From NCBI GenBank assembly GCA_963797145.1, contig CAWCOJ010000009.1, positions 12,424-76,423 of the forward strand: a DNA stretch of 64,000 nucleotides, in the 5' to 3' direction. The position numbers and the translations under genes were made by a program. The notes beneath the pieces were generated by a model, which made no database searches, was not told the DNA's origin, and was given only the letters and a program-made list of their open reading frames with translations. This stretch comes from an uncultured Actinomycetota bacterium (GTDB lineage: Bacteria > Actinomycetota > Actinomycetes > Mycobacteriales > Nakamurellaceae). Of the stretch, positions 58,847 through 64,000 are shown in pieces (within the stretch, counting starts at the first letter, position 1; every line of letters begins with the position of its first letter).

Positions 58847-59832
58847 TCAGTGGTCTGCCTCACCGGAGCTCTGCGGGTCGACGACGGTGCCGGTGTTCTC
58901 CGGGGCGTAGACCGGGCCCTCGGCCGAGGTCACGACTCCCGCGTTCCCGGGGCCGGATGCGGTGACCGGTACATACAGCGACTCGAGGTGCTGGTCGTCG
59001 GCGAAGAACGGGAACATGTAGGCGTCCGTGTCTGCTTGCAGGGTGACGTGCAGCGGCGCCGCCTCGGCGGTGCGGCAGTCGACGTCGGTGAGCCAGGTCA
59101 AGTCGGTCGGTCCGGGCGGCAGCAGGTAGCCGACCGAAGAGCTCCGGGTCCGGTCACCAGCCCGCCCTCGTTGGGATCTTCGCTGGTGTCCTGGCCCCAG
59201 TAGGCCAGGCAATGCCGGGCGCCGGTGCCCAACTCAAGGCTCGCGTCCGGATCGATGGTGGTCGGCAGGCCGTACCCGCTGGTGAGAATCACGGCGGAAT
59301 CGGACTTCGCCGCGCGGTCGTCCATCCCGTCGATGTGGCCGGCGGATTCGATCATGTTCCCGGCCACCAGCTGGCCATAGCCATCCAGACCGACGACCTC
59401 GGTGTAGCGGTAGCCCGGAGCTCCGGGGAGCAGCGGAATGCTTCCGCCACTCTCGCCGACCAACGTGACGCCGGGCCAGGCGACCGGCAGATAGTCGGTG
59501 ACGGTGCCCGAGGTCAGCGCCGTCGCGATCCGCGGTCCCTTCGGGTCGCTGCCGGTCACCACGTCGACGGGCGGCGTTCCCGGCGGGAGCAGGACGACGA
59601 ACCGCATCGGGACGCTCGTACCCCCACCGGTCGGGTCAGGCAGTGCACCGGGGCCGGGCTCCGCACCGGGACCCGGTACGTCCGTGTCGGGGGGATCGGT
59701 CCCGTGCGGGCCGGCGGCCCCCGGCGGGCCGGCGGGGAACAGCGCGGACGGACTGCCAGAACTCCCGCACGCGGCGAGGGCAGAAAGGGACAACGCCAAC
59801 CCGAGGGCGGCGGACAGCGGGCGGATTCTCAT
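58847..59832 (-). CDS. Hypothetical lipoprotein (frameshift ~59130-59200)
   Basis: Lipobox LAAC, Pro/Gly linker; two overlapping ORFs (59098-59832 and 58847-59212). Confidence 0.65.
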
Positions 59833-59915
59833 GACCCGAGACTGACGGGGGCGCGTTGCCGGTCGCTTTCCGAGCGATTTCCACGCTGCCCGACGGACTG
59901 CCGGACGGACGGCAC

Positions 59916-62900
59916 TCAGTACCGAGCGTGCAACGCCTCGACAGCCAACCGACTAGCTTCGCCGGGCGAGACCCCGTCAAGACCTGCCACCAGGTGGTCC
60001 AGGCATCACCGGAGCGCTCCCGCGCATCGCTGGACCACTCCGCGAATCGCGTTGCGGCGGCGGCCGACAGCACCAGCTCGTGGGCCGCCCGGAACTGCGC
60101 CGCCGCAGCGGCCGTTCTGGCCGCGAGTTCGTCGGAACCGGTGGCCGCCAGCAACGCCGCCGCGACGTCCAACCCGTCCAGCACGAACCGGTCCGCGCCC
60201 GCTTCGGCCAGCGCCGGCAGGCCATCGATCAGGTGGCGGGCGCACGCCGGATAGTCGCCGGCGCGGTAGTCGCCGGCCGCCAGATCCAGCAGCACCGCGC
60301 ACCGATCGTGTTCGGTCCCCGTCTCTGCGTAGGCAGCGAGGGCGGCCGCGTGCGCGCGTCGAGCGGCGGGCAGGTCGCCGACCGCCGTGGCGAGCCGCCC
60401 TGCGGCCTCCATCGCCCAGGTGATGAGCATCGGGCTGCCGGCGTCGGTGGCCAACGCCGTTGCCTCCTCCGACGCGATCCGCGCCTCGGCCAGGTCTCCC
60501 GCGAACACCGCGCCGATGGCCCGCCGGGCCAGCCCGGTGGCCAACCGTTCCGACTCGCCGATGCCCCGGTCGATCGCTTCGGCGGCGGTCCGGTGCGCGA
60601 TGGCGGTGGCGTGGTCGCCGCACAGGTCCGCGACGTCGGCGAGGCAGTCGAGGGCGGCGCCGATGCCCGAGGGCCGGTCGATCCGCCGCATGATCGTGTA
60701 CACCTCGGTGAAGGCATCGCGGGCGGCCTCTACTCTGCCGCGCTGGAGCGCGACGATGCCGCGGAAGTAGCGGTTCTCGGCGATCACGAAGTCGTCCTCG
60801 CTGCGTCGCGCGAACGGCAGGCCGAGCTCCAGGGCATCCGCCGCGTCGTCGAACCGGCCCGCATGCAGGCTGTGATTGCCCGCGTGGCCGTAGAGCGCGG
60901 CGCGGGTCCGCGGCGGCAGGTCCGGATCGCCGGCGACCGCCAGCAGCAGTCGGCGGCCGTCTGCGAGGTGCCCGAGCATCAACCAACTCCGCTCCACCGC
61001 CAGCAGCAGATCGGCGGCCGCCCCGATCCGGGCCGTCGAGAGGGCGGTCTCGATGCCGGCCCGCATGTTCGGGTACTCCCGCTCCAGCGCGGCGATGTGC
61101 GCCGGATCGCTGGCATCGATCTCCTCCGCCAGGCGCCGGCACCAGGCCAAGTGCGAGTCCCGGACCTGCTCCTGCTCATCGGCGTCCACCAGCAGCTGGG
61201 ATCCGAAGTGCCGAATCGTGTCCAACATGTCGAACCGTCGCTCGCCGTCCGTTCCGGATAGCACCACCAGCGATGCATCGACCAGGCCGGCCAGCGCCGA
61301 CGCGATCGCCCCCAGCGCGAGATCATCGTCCGCGCAGACACTCTCGGCGGCCTGCAGGGTGGCGCCACCGGCGAAGACGGTCAGCCGGCGGAACAGGAGG
61401 CGCTCGTTGTCGTCGAGCAGCTCGTGACCCCAGTCCAGGGCAGCCCGAAGCGTGCGGTGGTGCGGCGGCGCCGCCGGCCTGGCGAGGGTGAGCAGCCGGA
61501 ACCGGTCGCCGATCCGGTCGGCGATCTGCTCGACGGACAGCGTGCGGGTCAGTCCGGCGGCCAGTTCCACGGCCAGTGGCAGCCCGTCCACGGCCGTGCA
61601 GATCGCCACCACGGCCGGTCCGGGCCGGGAGCCAGACCGGATCGGGCGGCGAACAATTCCACCGCATGCTCGATCGCCAGCGGCGCGAGCCGGTGGATCT
61701 GCTCGCCGTCCAGCGACAGCGGTATCCGGCTGGTGGCAAGCACGGTCAGCCCTGGCAGGGTTCCGATCAACCGGTCGACCAACGCCGCCACGTCGGCGCG
61801 GCGCTGTTCGCAGTTGTCGAGCACCAACAGTCCGGGACGGTCCCCGAGCAGCCCGCCCAGGACGGCCTCCGGACTCCCTTGCGTTCCCGGGGCGGCGATC
61901 TCGCCGACGACGGCGTCGGCGATGGACGCCCCTGAGCTCAGCGTGCCCAGCTCGACGATCCAGACCGTGTGGGAGGCAGCCTGCTGAATACGGACTGCGG
62001 CGTCGGTGGCGAGCCTGGTCTTACCCACCCCGGCGGGGCCGACCAACGAGACAAGCGATCCCCGGTGCAGGGCCGCCAGCAGGTCGGCGAGCTCCTCGTG
62101 CCGCCGAACAGCGGCGATCGCGGCACCGGGATCGACGGCGGGACAGGCTGCACGGCAATCCGTTCCGTGTCTCCGCGGAGATCGAGACCGGCGCTCTGGG
62201 CCAGGATGGCCTGCTCCAGACCACGCAGGGCCGGTCCGGGCTCGAGGCCGAGTTCCTCGACGAGGAGCGCGCGCACCTGCGCGTAGGCGTGCAGGGCGTC
62301 GGCCTGCCGGCCGCTCCGGTACAGCGCCAACATCCGCTGGGACCAGAGCTGTTCGGAGTAAGGGTGTTCCTGCACGAGCGTGGCCAGCTCGCCGACCAGT
62401 TCGAGATGGCGCCCGCAGTCGAGATCTGCGGCAATGCGCTGTTCCAGTACGGTCAGCCGTTCCGCTGCGAGCCGGATCGCCGCTGCTCCGGCGAACGGGG
62501 CAAACCTGATGTCCGCCAACGCGTCTCCGCGCCACAGCGCCAGCGCTGCGGCGAAATGGTTGGCTGCGTCGGCGGCCCGATGCCCCGATGCGGCGACCCG
62601 GCCGGCGGCCACCGCAGTCTCGAAGGTGCGGGAATCCCCGGCGGTTCCGTTGAGCCGGTATCCGCATGGTCGAAGACCACCGCGTCGGAGCGGTCCAGCG
62701 TTGTCCTGGTGCGGGACACGGCAATGCGCAGCGCACTTGTCGGGTTCGCCGGTGGGTGGACGTCCCACAGGTCGTCGATCAGCGCCTCGACGGTGACCGA
62801 TCGGCCCTCGGCGAGCGCGAGCCGGGCCAGCAGCGCCGGCCGGCCGGGCGCAGGTCATCGTGCACCGTTCCGTCGATCGACACCCGGACCGGCCCGAGCA

Positions 62901-62916
62901 CGTCGACGACCAGCAT
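59916..62916 (-). CDS. AfsR/SARP-type regulator: OmpR-like wHTH, BTAD, NB-ARC-like ATPase, TPR; multiple frameshifts
   Basis: MLVVDVLGPVRV start; ALALWRG, P.SEQLW...MLALYRSGRQADAL; GPAGVGKTRLA; LVLDNCE; DGLPLAVELAA; spread over several frames; 3' end inferred. Confidence 0.8.
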
Positions 62917-62937
62917 CGATCCAGGGTATTCCGGTGG

Positions 62938-63921
62938 TCAGAGCAGCGTCTCAACGGTCTTCACCGCCTCGTCGACCGCAGGCATGACGCGGAGTTCCGC
63001 GCCGACCGCCCCGGCCCCGGTGCGGTACCCGGGCTCGGAGAGCAGCGCGACGAGATCGCGGCGGAGCGTCGCGGCGGTCAACTCCTCGACCGCGGCCAGC
63101 CGGCCGGCCCCGGCCCGTTCGAGATGCGTTGCGTAGCCGCGGTCGGCCGGGTCCGACGACAACGCCAGGACGGGTGCGCCCACGGCGAGCGCCCTCAGCA
63201 ATGTCCGCGACCTGCACCGGGTCAGCACCGCGTCGCAGTCCGGCACCGGCCCGGCAGCGAGCACGAGGGTGGCGCGACCGGACAACGCGGCGGCCACCAG
63301 ATCGAGCAGCGCCCGATCCCGGTTCCGCCTCGGTCCGATCATGACGGCGACCACCGGCCGAGCGGTCTCGCGCGCCGCCCACGGCTGCTGCGGCTCGTCG
63401 GCCGCGATCGGCGAGATCAACTGGGCGGCGGGAATGGCTGCCGCCCAGGGTTCCTGCAGGGCCGGGGGGCACGGATCCAGATAGAGGTAGCGGAACAGAC
63501 CGGCCCAAGGATCGGGTTCCAACCTGCGGCCCGTCCAGAGCGGCGCGGCCACCGTCGCCGCCTCCGCGAGCGCGTCGCGCGAGGTGAGCGGGCCGGTTCC
63601 GACCTCGACGTACGGAATGCCCTGGGCGGTCGCTACCAGCGGCGTCACCAGTTCGGCAACATCGTGCAGGACCAGGTCCGGCTGCCACGCGGCTATGACG
63701 GCCTCGAGATCGTCGACGTGAAGGGCGGCTCCGGGCTCCGCGGACGGGGCCGCCTGGAATCCGGGTAACCCGAGGCGCCGGACCTGCCGGATCGCCTGGT
63801 AGTCGCCGGCGAAGGCGACCAGGTGTCCCGCCTCCCGAGCCGCCCGGGCCAGGAGGAGGAGGGTGCGCAGCGGACGACGGCCGGCCCGGGAGACGAACAG
63901 TAGCCGCGACCTGCGCGTCAT
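62938..63921 (-). CDS. GT-B fold glycosyltransferase (GT1-like), degenerate C-terminal half
   Basis: A...AGH.V, W.PDLVLHD, A...GIP.V, YLDPCPP.LQ, AL..G.P.L. Confidence 0.7.
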   Translation of the reverse strand: MTRRSRLLFVSRAGRRPLRTLLLLARAAREAGHLVAFAGDYQAIRQVRRLGLPGFQAAPSAEPGAALHVDDLEAVIAAWQPDLVLHDVAELVTPLVATAQGIPYVEVGTGPLTSRDALAEAATVAAPLWTGRRLEPDPWAGLFRYLYLDPCPPALQEPWAAAIPAAQLISPIAADEPQQPWAARETARPVVAVMIGPRRNRDRALLDLVAAALSGRATLVLAAGPVPDCDAVLTRCRSRTLLRALAVGAPVLALSSDPADRGYATHLERAGAGRLAAVEELTAATLRRDLVALLSEPGYRTGAGAVGAELRVMPAVDEAVKTVETLL

Positions 63922-64000
63922 GGCCGCCAGCTGACGATCCAGAGCACCGGTCGGCCCTCGAGGGTGACGAGCGGGCCCGGCGGACCTCCGGGCCTGCCGG
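63918..64000 (-). CDS. Possible 3' end of an upstream gene
   Basis: Frame ...GPLVTLEGRPVLWIVSWRP* ends with an ATGA overlap on the glycosyltransferase start. Confidence 0.35.
   Translation of the reverse strand, partial: GRPGGPPGPLVTLEGRPVLWIVSWRP

Overview
High-GC actinobacterial chromosome segment (Nakamurella/Geodermatophilales-like by gene content; inference) with about 47 genes. No rRNA, tRNA, CRISPR array or transposase was seen. Many genes carry single-base frameshifts, most likely long-read assembly errors. Main content: (1) a ~18 kb carbohydrate uptake and catabolism island (17.7-36.1 kb) with an unassigned (alpha/alpha)6 glycosidase, CE7 esterase, DUF4185/DUF5005-like protein, ABC importer, two dehydratases, FAH hydrolase, two SDRs, lactonase, epimerase and a variant enolase plus kinase; (2) three candidate conflict proteins: a window-truncated gene with an eCIS-cargo-type LQRxxGNxAV leader (1-278), a frameshifted type VII-type polymorphic toxin with Cys-rich immunity gene (44.7-46.5 kb), and a ~1035-aa orphan carrying an RNase Sa/barnase-like domain and a possible ricin-like (RIP) domain (52.8-55.9 kb); (3) DNA-damage regulatory sites: PafBC/RecA-NDp promoters before a SWIM-SNF2 helicase and a DUF222-HNH gene, and a LexA box; (4) a family of ~70-bp nested palindromic REP-like elements; (5) a papain-like protease coupled to a chagasin-type inhibitor; plus argG, a HelD-family ATPase, regulators and a sortase-anchored Ig-like surface protein.
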